This document shows positions 1 through 14,220 of a stretch of 64,000 bases of DNA, piece after piece. A program made the position numbers and the translations under genes. Source of the DNA: Amphiscolops sp. MND2022 (taxonomy: Eukaryota); NCBI GenBank assembly GCA_964187785.1, contig OZ076413.1, forward strand, positions 45,200,001 to 45,264,000, read 5' to 3'. Position 1 is the first letter of the stretch. Every line of letters begins with the position of its first letter. The notes under the pieces are model-generated. The model was not told the DNA's origin, did no database searches, and was given only the letters and a program-made list of their open reading frames with translations.

Positions 1-3000
1 TTCCAGGGCTACATTTTCGTCGAAAAAAAATTCGAAAAAATTCGGCTTCATGGTTTTTTTTAAAAAAGAAGTTTTGAAAAAACGCTATTTTTGACTGTTT
101 TTTATGTTTGATCCCCTATTTCTCACAACCAGGACCAAATACAGGGTCCATGGTTTCGTGTAATTTACAAGCGTTTCATAGGCTACATTTTCGCTCAAAA
201 TTGGCGTCAAATTTTTTTTCAGACTTGGTTTTTTGGGCAAAAAATGGATGAAAAAAATGTCGAAAATTTTTTTCTCATTTGTAGCTCATATTACTCAAAA
301 CTGACGAAAGATACAGAAACCGTTCTCCCTCAAGATAAACAGCAAGGATGTAAGCTAGGTTTTGTACCAACAAAATTTCCGTCATCACGTATGACGCGTT
401 CGTTTTTCTGCTAAAAATACTTGTTTTTTTTTGAAAAATTTTCCTATTTATTTTATACTTGAGCCCCTATATCTCAAGACCGAGAACAAATACGCAGTCC
501 ATGGTTTCGTAATTTGTACTAGGGCTCAGTAGGCTGCGTTTAAAACCAATAATGACGTTGAATTTTTTTTGCTCCGGTTTTTTTGGGCAAATAAAGGGAT
601 GAAGAAGAAATTTGAAAAATTTCCCATTTTTTCATAATTTGTAACTGATTTTCCTCAGAACTGAAAAGAGATACGAAAAACCTTTGTCCTAGCCAAAAGT
701 TGGGTAGAATGCTTGGCTACCTTTTCTTTGAAAAAATTTTTCAAAAAGAATTCGGCTTCCTGGCTTTTTTTGAAAAAAGTTTTGAAAAAACGCAAATTTT
801 TAGAGTGTTTCAACTTTCTTCCCTTATTTCTCAAAACCGAGACCAGATACAGGGTTTCGTATATTATACAAGCGTTTCGTGGGCTACATTTTTGCTAAAA
901 AATGACGTCAATCTTTTTTCCGACTGCGCTTTTTGGGCAAAAAATGGATGAAAAAAATTCGAAAATTTTTTTCTACTTTGTAGCTCATATTTCTCAACAC
1001 TGACGAAAGATACAGAAACCATTCTTCCTCAAGACAAATAGCAAGGATGTGGGCTTTTTTTGTACTAATCAAGTTTTTGTCATCAAGTATGACGCCTTCG
1101 TTTTTCTGCTAAAAATACTTGATTTTTTTGAAAAAATTTCTCAGTTCTTTTTTACTCGAGCTTGTATATCTGTATGTATATCAGGACCGAGAACGAATAC
1201 GGAGTCCATGGTTTCGTAATTTGTACGAGGGTTCAGTAGGCTATGTGTAAAGGTAAAAATGACGTCGACTTTTTTTCGCTCTGGTATTTTTGGGCAAATA
1301 AATGGATGAAGAAAAAATTCGAAAAATTTCCCTTTTTTCCCAAATTGTAACTGATTTTTCTCAGAAGTGAAAGTAGATACGAAAACCATTCTCCCTCACA
1401 GAGTTATGCAAAGATGTTGGCTAGTTCTTGTACTATCAAAGTTTCCGTCATCAAGTATGACGCCTACGTTTTTCTGCTAAAATTACAATTTTCATTTTTC
1501 TCAAACTTCAATTTCTCACCTTTCTTTTTAGTTCTTTCATCTAAATTTTCTTGATCTGAGACTAGATAAGTTCACTAGGTTTTGGAATCTGGGATACACA
1601 CATTTTCTAGCACCTTCTGCAGACCATTGAACGTTTCTGCTCGTGCCCAAGCGCGACATGCCGTCGCGCCTATGTTTGGGGCACGAGCTTTGCGAGATGC
1701 CCATATGGTGACGTTTTTTTTCGCAGATTTCGTGACATGTGCCAATTTTTCAAACTTGTGAGGCAAATTTCTCAAAACACAGAACAGATACAGACACCAT
1801 GTTTTTGCTAAAAGTTGCGCAGGATCCTAAGCTACATTTTCGCCGAAAAAAGTTTTCGAAAAAAATTCGGCTTCATAGGTTTTTTTCAAGAGAATTTTTG
1901 AAAAAACGCTATTTTTGACTATTTTCCATCTTTAATCCCCTATATCTCGGAACTGAGTCCGAATATAGGGTCCATGGTTTCGTAAATTGTACAAGCGTTT
2001 TATTGGCTACATTTTGGCCTGAAAATGACGTCAAATTTATTTTCATACTTGGTGTTTTTGAGCAAAAAAGAGGACAAAAAATTTTTCGAAAAAATTTTTC
2101 TCATTTGTAGCTCATATTTCTCAAAACTGATAAAAGATACAGAAACCGTTCTCTTTCGAGAAGAACAGCATAAATATAGGCTACTTTTTGGACCAACAAA
2201 GTTACCGTCATCAAGTATGACGCGTTCGTTTTTCTGCCAAAAAACTTCAATTTTTTTTCAAAAAAATTTCTTGGTTCTTTTCTACTTGAGCTCGTATATC
2301 TCATGACCGAGACCAATAATGGGGTTCATGGTTTCGTTATTTCTATTTTTAGGCTAAAAGTGATGTCGAAATTTTTTTTCGCCCTGGATTTTTTTAGCAA
2401 AGAAAGTAATGAAAAAAAATTTCTGAATTTTTTCCATTTTGTTCCAATTTGTAGCTGATTTTTCTCAGAACTGAAAATAGATAAGAAAACCATTCTCCCT
2501 CACAAAATGGGGCAAGTATATAGGCTACTTTTTGTACTATCAAAGTTTCCGTCATGAAGTATGACGCCTTCGGGTTTCTGCCAAAATACATTTTTTCATT
2601 TTTCTCAAAAAAAATTTCCTTCATCTTTTTAGATCTTTCATCAAAATATCTTCATCTGAGACTGAATAAGTTCACAAGGTTGTGGGCCCTGGAACACAAA
2701 AAAGTTGTAACACCTTCTGCAGACCATTGAACGTTTCTGCTCGTGCCGAAGCGCGACATGCCGTCGCGCCTATGTTTGGGGCACGAGCGGAGCGAGATGC
2801 CCATATGGTGACGTTTTTTTTTCGCAGATTTCGTGACATGTGCCAACTTTTCAAACGTGTGCGGCAAATTTCTCAAAACCCATAACAGATACGGACACCA
2901 TGTTTCCGCTAAAAATTGCGCAGGTTCCAGGGCTACATTTTCGTCGAAAAAAAATTCGAAAAAATTCGGCTTCATGGTTTTTTTTAAAAAAGAAGTTTTG

Positions 3001-6000
3001 AAAAAACGCTATTTTTGACTGTTTTTTATGTTTGATCCCCTATTTCTCACAACCAGGACCAAATACAGGGTCCATGGTTTCGTGTAATTTACAAGCGTTT
3101 CATAGGCTACATTTTCGCTCAAAATTGGCGTCAAATTTTTTTTCAGACTTGGTTTTTTGGGCAAAAAATGGATGAAAAAAATGTCGAAAATTTTTTTCTC
3201 ATTTGTAGCTCATATTACTCAAAACTGACGAAAGATACAGAAACCGTTCTCCCTCAAGATAAACAGCAAGGATGTAAGCTAGGTTTTGTACCAACAAAAT
3301 TTCCGTCATCACGTATGACGCGTTCGTTTTTCTGCTAAAAATACTTGTTTTTTTTTGAAAAATTTTCCTATTTATTTTATACTTGAGCCCCTATATCTCA
3401 AGACCGAGAACAAATACGCAGTCCATGGTTTCGTAATTTGTACTAGGGCTCAGTAGGCTGCGTTTAAAACCAATAATGACGTTGAATTTTTTTTGCTCCG
3501 GTTTTTTTGGGCAAATAAAGGGATGAAGAAGAAATTTGAAAAATTTCCCATTTTTTCATAATTTGTAACTGATTTTCCTCAGAACTGAAAAGAGATACGA
3601 AAAACCTTTGTCCTAGCCAAAAGTTGGGTAGAATGCTTGGCTACCTTTTCTTTGAAAAAATTTTTCAAAAAGAATTCGGCTTCCTGGCTTTTTTTGAAAA
3701 AAGTTTTGAAAAAACGCAAATTTTTAGAGTGTTTCAACTTTCTTCCCTTATTTCTCAAAACCGAGACCAGATACAGGGTTTCGTATATTATACAAGCGTT
3801 TCGTGGGCTACATTTTTGCTAAAAAATGACGTCAATCTTTTTTCCGACTGCGCTTTTTGGGCAAAAAATGGATGAAAAAAATTCGAAAATTTTTTTCTAC
3901 TTTGTAGCTCATATTTCTCAACACTGACGAAAGATACAGAAACCATTCTTCCTCAAGACAAATAGCAAGGATGTGGGCTTTTTTTGTACTAATCAAGTTT
4001 TTGTCATCAAGTATGACGCCTTCGTTTTTCTGCTAAAAATACTTGATTTTTTTGAAAAAATTTCTCAGTTCTTTTTTACTCGAGCTTGTATATCTGTATC
4101 CTGTATATCAGGACCGAGAACGAATACGGAGTCCATGGTTTCGTAATTTGTACGAGGGTTCAGTAGGCTATGTGTAAAGGTAAAAATGACGTCGACTTTT
4201 TTTCGCTCTGGTATTTTTGGGCAAATAAATGGATGAAGAAAAAATTCGAAAAATTTCCCTTTTTTCCCAAATTGTAACTGATTTTTCTCAGAAGTGAAAG
4301 TAGATACGAAAACCATTCTCCCTCACAGAGTTATGCAAAGATGTTGGCTAGTTCTTGTACTATCAAAGTTTCCGTCATCAAGTATGACGCCTACGTTTTT
4401 CTGCTAAAATTACAATTTTCATTTTTCTCAAACTTCAATTTCTCACCTTTCTTTTTAGTTCTTTCATCTAAATTTTCTTGATCTGAGACTAGATAAGTTC
4501 ACTAGGTTTTGGAATCTGGGATACACACATTTTCTAGCACCTTCTGCAGACCATTGAACGTTTCTGCTCGTGCCCAAGCGCGACATGCCGTCGCGCCTAT
4601 GTTTGGGGCACGAGCTTTGCGAGATGCCCATATGGTGACGTTTTTTTTCGCAGATTTCGTGACATGTGCCAATTTTTCAAACTTGTGAGGCAAATTTCTC
4701 AAAACACAGAACAGATACAGACACCATGTTTTTGCTAAAAGTTGCGCAGGATCCTAAGCTACATTTTCGCCGAAAAAAGTTTTCGAAAAAAATTCGGCTT
4801 CATAGGTTTTTTTCAAGAGAATTTTTGAAAAAACGCTATTTTTGACTATTTTCCATCTTTAATCCCCTATATCTCGGAACTGAGTCCGAATATAGGGTCC
4901 ATGGTTTCGTAAATTGTACAAGCGTTTTATTGGCTACATTTTGGCCTGAAAATGACGTCAAATTTATTTTCATACTTGGTGTTTTTGAGCAAAAAAGAGG
5001 ACAAAAAATTTTTCGAAAAATTTTTTCTCATTTGTAGCTCATATTTCTCAAAACTGATAAAAGATACAGAAACCGTTCTCTTTCGAGAAGAACAGCATAA
5101 ATATAGGCTACTTTTTGGACCAACAAAGTTACCGTCATCAAGTATGACGCGTTCGTTTTTCTGCCAAAAAACTTCAATTTTTTTTTCGAAAAAATTTCTT
5201 GGTTCTTTTCTACTTGAGCTCGTATATCTCATGACCGAGACCAATAATGGGGTTCATGGTTTCGTTATTTCTATTTTTAGGCTAAAAGTGATGTCGAAAT
5301 TTTTTTTCGCCCTGGATTTTTTTAGCAAAGAAAGTAATGAAAAAAAATTTCTGAATTTTTTCCATTTTGTTCCAATTTGTAGCTGATTTTTCTCAGAACT
5401 GAAAATAGATAAGAAAACCATTCTCCCTCACAAAATGGGGCAAGTATATAGGCTACTTTTTGTACTATCAAAGTTTCCGTCATGAAGTATGACGCCTTCG
5501 GGTTTCTGCCAAAATACATTTTTTCATTTTTCTCAAAAAAAATTTCCTTCATCTTTTTAGATCTTTCATCAAAATATCTTCATCTGAGACTGAATAAGTT
5601 CACAAGGTTGTGGGCCCTGGAACACAAAAAAGTTGTAACACCTTCTGCAGACCATTGAACGTTTCTGCTCGTGCCGAAGCGCGACATGCCGTCGCGCCTA
5701 TGTTTGGGGCACGAGCGGAGCGAGATGCCCATATGGTGACGTTTTTTTTCGCAGATTTCGTGACATGTGCCAACTTTTCAAACTTGTGCGGCAAATTTCT
5801 CAAAACCCATAACAGATACGGACACCATGTTTCCGCTAAAAGTTGCGCAGGTTCCTGGGCTACATTTTTGTCGAAAAAAAATTCGAAAAAAATTCGGCTT
5901 CGAGGTTTTTTTTAAAAAAGAAGTTTTGAAAAAACGCTATTTTTGACTGTTTTTTATGTTTGATCCCCTAGTTCTCAGAACCAGGACCAAATACAAGGTC

Positions 6001-9000
6001 CATGGTTTCGTGTAATTTACAAGCGTTTCATAGGCTACATTTTCGCTCAAAATTGGCGTCAAAATTTTTTTCAGACTTGGTTTTTTGGGCAAAAAAATGG
6101 ATGGAAAAAAATGTCGGAAATTTTTTCTCATTTGTAGCTCATATTTCTCAAAACTGACGAAAGATACAGAAACCATTCTCCCTCAAGATAAACAGCAAGG
6201 ATGTAAGCTAGGTTTTGTACCAACAAAGTTTCCGTCATCACGTATGACGCGTTCGTTTTTCTGCTAGAAATACTTGTTTTTTTTGAAAAATTTTCCTATT
6301 TATTTTATACTTGAGCCCCTATATCTCAAGACCGAGAACAAATACGCAGTCCATGGTTTCGTAATTTGTACTAGGGCTCAGTAGGCTGCGTTTAAAACCA
6401 ATAATGACGTCGAATTTTTTTTGCTCCGGTTTTTTTGGGCAAATAAAGAGATGAAGAAGAAATTTGAAAAATTTCCCGTTAAAAAGAGATACGAAAAACC
6501 TTGTTCTAGCCAAAAGTTGGGTAGAATCCTTGGCTACCTTTTCGTTGAAAAAATTTTTTAAAAAGAATTCGGCTTCATGGTTTTTTTTGAAAAAAGTTTT
6601 GAAAAAACGCAAATTTTTAGAGTGTTTCATCTTTCTTCCCTTATTTCTCAAAACCGAGACCAGATACAGGGTTTCGTATATTATACAAGCGTTTCGTGGG
6701 CTACATTTTTGCTAAAAAATGACGTCAATCTTTTTTCCGACTGCGCTTTTTGGGCAAAAAATGGATGAAAAAAATTCGAAAATTTTTTTTCTACTTTGTA
6801 GCTCATATTTCTCAACACTGACGAAAGATACAGAAACCATTCTTCCTCAAGACAAATAGCAAGGATGTGGGCTTTTTTTGTACTAATCAAGTTTTTGTCA
6901 TCAAGTATGACGCCTTCGTTTTTCTGCTAAAAATACTTGATTTTTTTGAAAAAATTTCTCAGTTCTTTTTTACTCGAGCTTGTATATCTGTATCCTGTAT
7001 ATCAGGACCGAGAACGAATACGGAGTCCATGGTTTCGTAATTTGTACGAGGGTTCAGTAGGCTATGTGTAAAGGTAAAAATGACGTCGACTTTTTTTCGC
7101 TCTGGTATTTTTGGGCAAATAAATGGATGAAGAAAAAATTCGAAAAATTTCCCTTTTTTCCCAAATTGTAACTGATTTTTCTCAGAAGTGAAAGTAGATA
7201 CGAAAACCATTCTCCCTCACAGAGTTATGCAAAGATGTTGGCTAGTTCTTGTACTATCAAAGTTTCCGTCATCAAGTATGACGCCTACGTTTTTCTGCTA
7301 AAATTACAATTTTCATTTTTCTCAAACTTCAATTTCTCACCTTTCTTTTTAGTTCTTTCATCTAAATTTTCTTGATCTGACACTAGATAAGTTCACTAGG
7401 TTTTGGAATCTGGGATACACACATTTTCTAGCACCTTCTGCAGACCATTGAACGTTTCTGCTCGTGCCCAAGCGCGACATGCCGTCGCGCCTATGTTTGG
7501 GGCACGAGCTTTGCGAGATGCCCATATGGTGACGTTTTTTTTCGCAGATTTCGTGACATGTGCCAATTTTTCAAACTTGTGAGGCAAATTTCTCAAAACA
7601 CAGAACAGATACAGACACCATGTTTTTGCTAAAAGTTGCGCAGGATCCTAAGCTACATTTTCGCCGAAAAAAGTTTTCGAAAAAAATTCGGCTTCATAGG
7701 TTTTTTTCAAGAGAATTTTTGAAAAAACGCTATTTTTGACTATTTTCCATCTTTAATCCCCTATATCTCGGAACTGAGTCCGAATATAGGGTCCATGGTT
7801 TCGTAAATTGTACAAGCGTTTTATTGGCTACATTTTGGCCTGAAAATGACGTCAAATTTATTTTCATACTTGGTGTTTTTGAGCAAAAAAGAGGACAAAA
7901 AATTTTTCGAAAAATTTTTTCTCATTTGTAGCTCATATTTCTCAAAACTGATAAAAGATACAGAAACCGTTCTCTTTCGAGAAGAACAGCATAAATATAG
8001 GCTACTTTTTGGACCAACAAAGTTACCGTCATCAAGTATGACGCGTTCGTTTTTCTGCCAAAAAACTTCAATTTTTTTTTCAAAAAAATTTCTTGGTTCT
8101 TTTCTACTTGAGCTCGTATATCTCATGACCGAGACCAATAATGGGGTTCATGGTTTCGTTATTTCTATTTTTAGGCTAAAAGTGATGTCGAAATTTTTTT
8201 TCGCCCTGGATTTTTTTAGCAAAGAAAGTAATGAAAAAAAATTTCTGAATTTTTTCCATTTTGTTCCAATTTGTAGCTGATTTTTCTCAGAACTGAAAAT
8301 AGATAAGAAAACCATTCTCCCTCACAAAATGGGGCAAGTATATAGGCTACTTTTTGTACTATCAAAGTTTCCGTCATGAAGTATGACGCCTTCGGGTTTC
8401 TGCCAAAATACATTTTTTCATTTTTCTCAAAAAAAATTTCCTTCATCTTTTTAGATCTTTCATCAAAATATCTTCATCTGAGACTGAATAAGTTCACAAG
8501 GTTGTGGGCCCTGGAACACAAAAAAGTTGTAACACCTTCTGCAGACCATTGAACGTTTCTGCTCGTGCCGAAGCGCGACATGCCGTCGCGCCTATGTTTG
8601 GGGCACGAGCGGAGCGAGATGCCCATATGGTGACGTTTTTTTTCGCAGATTTCGTGACATGTGCCAACTTTTCAAACTTGTGCGGCAAATTTCTCAAAAC
8701 CCATAACAGATACGGACACCATGTTTCCGCTAAAAGTTGCGCAGGTTCCTGGGCTACATTTTTGTCGAAAAAAAATTCGAAAAAAATTCGGCTTCGAGGT
8801 TTTTTTTAAAAAAGAAGTTTTGAAAAAACGCTATTTTTGACTGTTTTTTATGTTTGATCCCCTAGTTCTCAGAACCAGGACCAAATACAAGGTCCATGGT
8901 TTCGTGTAATTTACAAGCGTTTCATAGGCTACATTTTCGCTCAAAATTGGCGTCAAAATTTTTTTCAGACTTGGTTTTTTGGGCAAAAAAATGGATGGAA

Positions 9001-12000
9001 AAAAATGTCGGAAATTTTTTCTCATTTGTAGCTCATATTTCTCAAAACTGACGAAAGATACAGAAACCATTCTCCCTCAAGATAAACAGCAAGGATGTAA
9101 GCTAGGTTTTGTACCAACAAAGTTTCCGTCATCACGTATGACGCGTTCGTTTTTCTGCTAGAAATACTTGTTTTTTTTGAAAAATTTTCCTATTTATTTT
9201 ATACTTGAGCCCCTATATCTCAAGACCGAGAACAAATACGCAGTCCATGGTTTCGTAATTTGTACTAGGGCTCAGTAGGCTGCGTTTAAAACCAATAATG
9301 ACGTCGAATTTTTTTTGCTCCGGTTTTTTTGGGCAAATAAAGAGATGAAGAAGAAATTTGAAAAATTTCCCGTTAAAAAGAGATACGAAAAACCTTGTTC
9401 TAGCCAAAAGTTGGGTAGAATCCTTGGCTACCTTTTCGTTGAAAAAATTTTTTAAAAAGAATTCGGCTTCATGGTTTTTTTTGAAAAAAGTTTTGAAAAA
9501 ACGCAAATTTTTAGAGTGTTTCATCTTTCTTCCCTTATTTCTCAAAACCGAGACCAGATACAGGGTTTCGTATATTATACAAGCGTTTCGTGGGCTACAT
9601 TTTTGCTAAAAAATGACGTCAATCTTTTTTCCGACTGCGCTTTTTGGGCAAAAAATGGATGAAAAAAATTCGAAAATTTTTTTTCTACTTTGTAGCTCAT
9701 ATTTCTCAACACTGACGAAAGATACAGAAACCATTCTTCCTCAAGACAAATAGCAAGGATGTGGGCTTTTTTTGTACTAATCAAGTTTTTGTCATCAAGT
9801 ATGACGCCTTCGTTTTTCTGCTAAAAATACTTGATTTTTTTGAAAAAATTTCTCAGTTCTTTTTTACTCGAGCTTGTATATCTGTATCCTGTATATCAGG
9901 ACCGAGAACGAATACGGAGTCCATGGTTTCGTAATTTGTACGAGGGTTCAGTAGGCTATGTGTAAAGGTAAAAATGACGTCGACTTTTTTTCGCTCTGGT
10001 ATTTTTGGGCAAATAAATGGATGAAGAAAAAATTCGAAAAATTTCCATTTTTTCCCAAATTGTAACTGATTTTTCTCAGAAGTGAAAGTAGATACGAAAA
10101 CCATTCTCCCTCACAGAGTTATGCAAAGATGTTGGCTAGTTCTTGTACTATCAAAGTTTCCGTCATCAAGTATGACGCCTACGTTTTTCTGCTAAAATTA
10201 CAATTTTCATTTTTCTCAAACTTCAATTTCTCACCTTTCTTTTTAGTTCTTTCATCTAAATTTACTTGAACTGAGACTAGATAAGTTCACTAGGTTTTGG
10301 AATCTGGGATATACACATTTTCTAGCACCTTCTGCAGACCATTGAACGTTTCTGCTCGTGCCCAAGCGCGACATGCCGTCGCGCTTATGTTTTTTTTCGC
10401 AGATTTCGTGACATGTGCCAACTTTTCAAACTTGTGCGACAAATTTCTCAAAACCCATAACAGATACGGACACCATGTTTCCGCTGAAAGTTGCGCAGCT
10501 TCCTGGGCTACATTTTCGTCGAAAAAAAATTCGAAAAAAAATTCGGCTTCATGGTTTTTTTTGAAAAGAAGTTTTGAAAAAACGATATTTTTGACTGTTT
10601 TTTATGTTTGATCCCCTATTTCTCAGAACCAGTACCAAATACAGGGTCCATGGTTTCGTGTAATTTACAAGTGTTTCATAGGCTACATTTTCGCCCAAAA
10701 ATGGCGTCAAAATTTTTTTCAGACTTGGTTTTTTGGGGCAAAAAAAAGGATGAAAGAAATGTCGAAAAAATTTTTCTCGTTTGTAACTCATGTTTCTCAT
10801 AACTGACGAAAGATACAGAAACCATTCTCCCTCAAGACAAACAGCAAGGATGTAAGCTAGGTTTTGTACCAACAAAGTTTCCGTCATCACGTATGACGCG
10901 TTCGTTTTTCTGCTAAAAATACTTTTTTTTGAAAAATTTCCTATTTATTTTATACTTGAGCTTCTATCTCTCAAGACCGAGAACAAATTTGCAGTCCATG
11001 GTTTCGTAATTTGTACTAGGGCTCAGTAGGCTGCGTTTAAAGCAAATAATGACGTCGAATTTTTTTGCTCCGGTTTTTCTGGGCAAATAAAGGAATGAAG
11101 AAGAAATTTGAAAAATTTCCCATTTTTTCAGAATTTGTAACTGATTTTCCTCAGAACTGAAAAGAAATACGGAAAACCTTTGTCCCAGCCGAAATTTGGG
11201 TAGAATCCTTGGCTACTTTTTCGTTTGAAAAAATTCAAAAAGAATTCGGCTTCATGGTTTTTTTTGAAAAGAAGTTTTGAAAAAACGCAATTTTTTAGAG
11301 TTTTCATCTTCCCTTATTTCTCAAAACCAAGACCAGATACAGGGTCCATGGTTTCGTATAATATACAAAATATACAAGCGTTTAGTAGGTTACATTTTTG
11401 CTAAAAAATGACGCCAAAGTTTTTTCCGACTGCGCTTTTTGGGCAAAAAAAATTGGGATGAAAAAAATTTTTTTCTCATTCGTAGCTCATATTTCTCAAC
11501 ACTGACGAAAGATACAGAAACCATTCTTCCTCAAGACAAATAGCACGGATGTGGGCTTTTTTGTACCATTCAAGTTTTCGTCATCAAGTATGACGCCTTC
11601 GTTTTTCTGCTAAAAACACTTGATTTTTTTGAAAAAAAATTCTCAGTTCTTTTTTACTCGAGCTTGTATATCTGTATCCTGTATATCAGGACCGAGAACG
11701 AATACGGAGTCCATGGTTTCGTATTTTGTACGAGGGTTCAGTAGGCTATGGTTAAAAGTGAAAACGACGTCGACTTTGTTTTCGCTCCGGTATTATTGGG
11801 CAAATAAATGGATGAAGAATAAATTCGAAAAATTTCCATTTTTTCCCAAATTGTAGCTGATTTTTTTCAGAAGTGAAAGTAGATACGAAAACCATTCTCC
11901 CTCACAGAGTAATGCAAAGATGTAGGCTAGTTCTTGTACTATCAAAGTTTCCGTCATCAAGTATGACGCCTACGTTTTTCTGCTAAAATTACAGTTTTCA

Positions 12001-12180
12001 TTTTTCTCAAACTTCAGTTTCTCACCTTTCTTTTTAGTTCTTTCAACTAAATTTTCTTGATCTGAGACTAGATAAGTTCACTAGTTTTTGGAATCTGGGA
12101 TTTACACAGTTTTTAGCACCTTTTGCAGACCAATGAACGTTTCTGCTCGAGGCCAAGCGCAACATGCCGTTGCCCCTATG
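1..12180. repeat. Tandem satellite array with ~2.9 kb higher-order repeat (about 8 diverged ~350-410 bp monomers per unit)
   Basis: TTCC(A/T)GGGCTACATTTT marks unit starts at 1, 2925, 5852, 8746 and 10500 (periods 2924, 2927, 2894, 1754). Internal markers CCATGGTTTCGT and AGATAC(A/G)GAAA recur about every 350 bp. The ORF track shows the same spurious ORFs at this period. The array runs off the left edge. Confidence 0.95.
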
Positions 12181-12645
12181 TTTTTTGTTTATTGAAGTTT
12201 TTTGAGAAGAAAAAACTATTCAGAGTCTCAATTGATCAATTTTTGATCTTGTGGAACGAATGCGTTTTTCAAAAAAATTGTGGAAATCACCGATGGTATT
12301 TTTTGGCACTGAGCGACTTCCAATTTTTCTTGTTTGGTCAAAGTGTACCCTTCACTTTCATAAATGTTTTCGGTTTGAAAAATGAGTTTTGCGAGCTTGA
12401 AGCTCGCTTTTCGGCACTATGAATCTTATTCCCGACAAAAAACATTAAATTAAAAATTCAATTTCAAAAAATGGAGTTTTTAAGTTTCCAGTTGGGGAAA
12501 CACTTGTTTTCGTGTCTAATGTGTACCCCTTGGGGTATTTTTGGCACCGAGAAATTGATGATATTTTAACAAAAGTGTCTTTTGCTTTTTTAGAATACGT
12601 TATTTCTTGAAGTTTCAGCGGAGCGCCAATTGAGACCGGTCTAAT
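12180..12645. repeat. Diverged non-autonomous dispersed repeat, probably related to the family at 15.4-16.5 kb and 51.3-52.4 kb
   Basis: Shares TTTTCGGCACT-type blocks, GTTTCCAGT.GGGGAAA and a terminal AGCGCC(G/A)A(C/T)T-like motif with the other copies. Confidence 0.4.
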
Positions 12646-13937
12646 TTTCTAATTTTCAACTTTTGCAATTGCAAAGTTTTCGAATATTTTTGTGGATTAG
12701 AAAATCCAAAACTTCAGCCGAAAAAAAAACCAGCAATTCAGTATACTTTTTGAAGAGAAACGGAAAAATTTTGTTTAAAAAGTGCCTCGAAAAGACCCCA
12801 AAAAACCTGAAAGTTACAAACTTCTACATTTTTGACTTTTCAAGCCGATTTTTAAACAGGTGTCTAACGTTTCGAAAAGTTAAAACATCTATGTCCTCGG
12901 AGTAAGAGCCAAACCCCTGGCCCAGGTGATCTCGGAGCGTGATCTTACTACCTCGGGGGAATTCCCGAACAGCCGAAGTCCCAAACAGCAGAAAATGAAA
13001 AATTGGTCTCAAACAGCAGAATATTTGATTTTGCTGCAATCTGATTGGTTGAAAATTGAAATCCAATTGAATTCATTAAGCTGAAAACGCGTGTCAGATT
13101 TTGTCGGAATTATTATTATAACGTAGTCAGCTATGTTCACATACCCCTAGTGCCCTAAATGCATGAGCGAAGCGAAGCGGAGCGACGTGCCATATGGCCA
13201 TGCCTCAATGTTGCTACTTGGCGAAGCGACCGAGCCATACAACAAATATGCTAACCTCTTCAAATCAGTCAAGTTCCATACATATTGGCTGTATCAACAC
13301 AACCCTTGTTCAACTTGCTTGAACTTTGTAGTTGTTCTTTAACGTTGCCAGCAACTTTTCCAAAGATTTTCTAAATCTCTTTCAGAAACGTTATTGCGTT
13401 ATTATTTCCCTGTTGTCATCAACTTTTATCAAGCTGCTTGAAATAATCATCAAAGTTTTGGCGGCAATTTCAAGCCGTGAAATTCTGCAAGTTTTATTAT
13501 GCATCAGTTCTAATTTTAAATGCATCCTAGACGTCAAAACTTTTGCCATGTTTAAGCAAATTAACTTCATTCACAATGTAAACAACAAACTAGCGTCATC
13601 TTCAGCGTCCTGTTTGAGAAGAGGTGATTGAATCGGATGAGTAGTTGAGAAATTAATGTGTGAAGACAACACGATCATGTCCGTAAAGAAGAGGAAAATA
13701 TGTTCAAATTTTATTGAGAAGTAGTGGAGAATGCAGTGTTATTCTACAAGATTTACCTCCGGATGCTTACTGAATTTTCTAGGTGTTATAAAAAATTACC
13801 CTGCAGCATGTAAAAAGTTCAAGCAGTCTCAACTGGGGTAAAAGCTAGTAATTTGAATTCTGCTGAATGGGGCCGAAATTTCATTATCTGCTGCTCCTCT
13901 TCTCCCATGAATAGGCACCCTGCCTGGGGCATCTTAC

Positions 13938-14220
13938 AGCCATTCTTTAACTACTGCATATAGCTGAAAGGTGAATAGTGAAATGAAAACAGCCTGCATT
14001 AATTCTGACTCACTTTGTTTATATTTGATAAGAAAATTCGAAAGCGTGTGCATTCTTCGGCTCCGTCATAATTGCGGTTATAAGTTTGTTTGAATTGCAT
14101 CCAAAAAAACTCCATTTCATCCATGGCGTGGAAAAGTCCCCCACAACATGCAGCTCCCATCAACTCTACATGTGGGGGGAGAAACCACGAACAAATGAGG
14201 GGGAAGAGGAACATTTTCAT
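13938..14220 (-). CDS. 5' exon(s) of a secreted papain-family (C1A) protease or standalone inhibitor with a cathepsin propeptide I29 domain; downstream exons not resolved
   Basis: Hydrophobic N-terminus (MKMFLFPLICSWFL), then WMQFKQTYNRNYDGAEECTRFRIFLSNINK, matching the I29/ERFNIN pattern. GTGAGT donor at 14013, pyrimidine tract plus CAG acceptor at 13964 (50-nt intron), and a short next exon LYAVVKEW. Confidence 0.6.

Noticed and set aside
700..12422. Dozens of 60-144 aa Phe/Lys-rich ORFs
   Set aside because: They recur with the satellite period, reflect A/T runs, and are broken by homopolymer indels between units; not genes.
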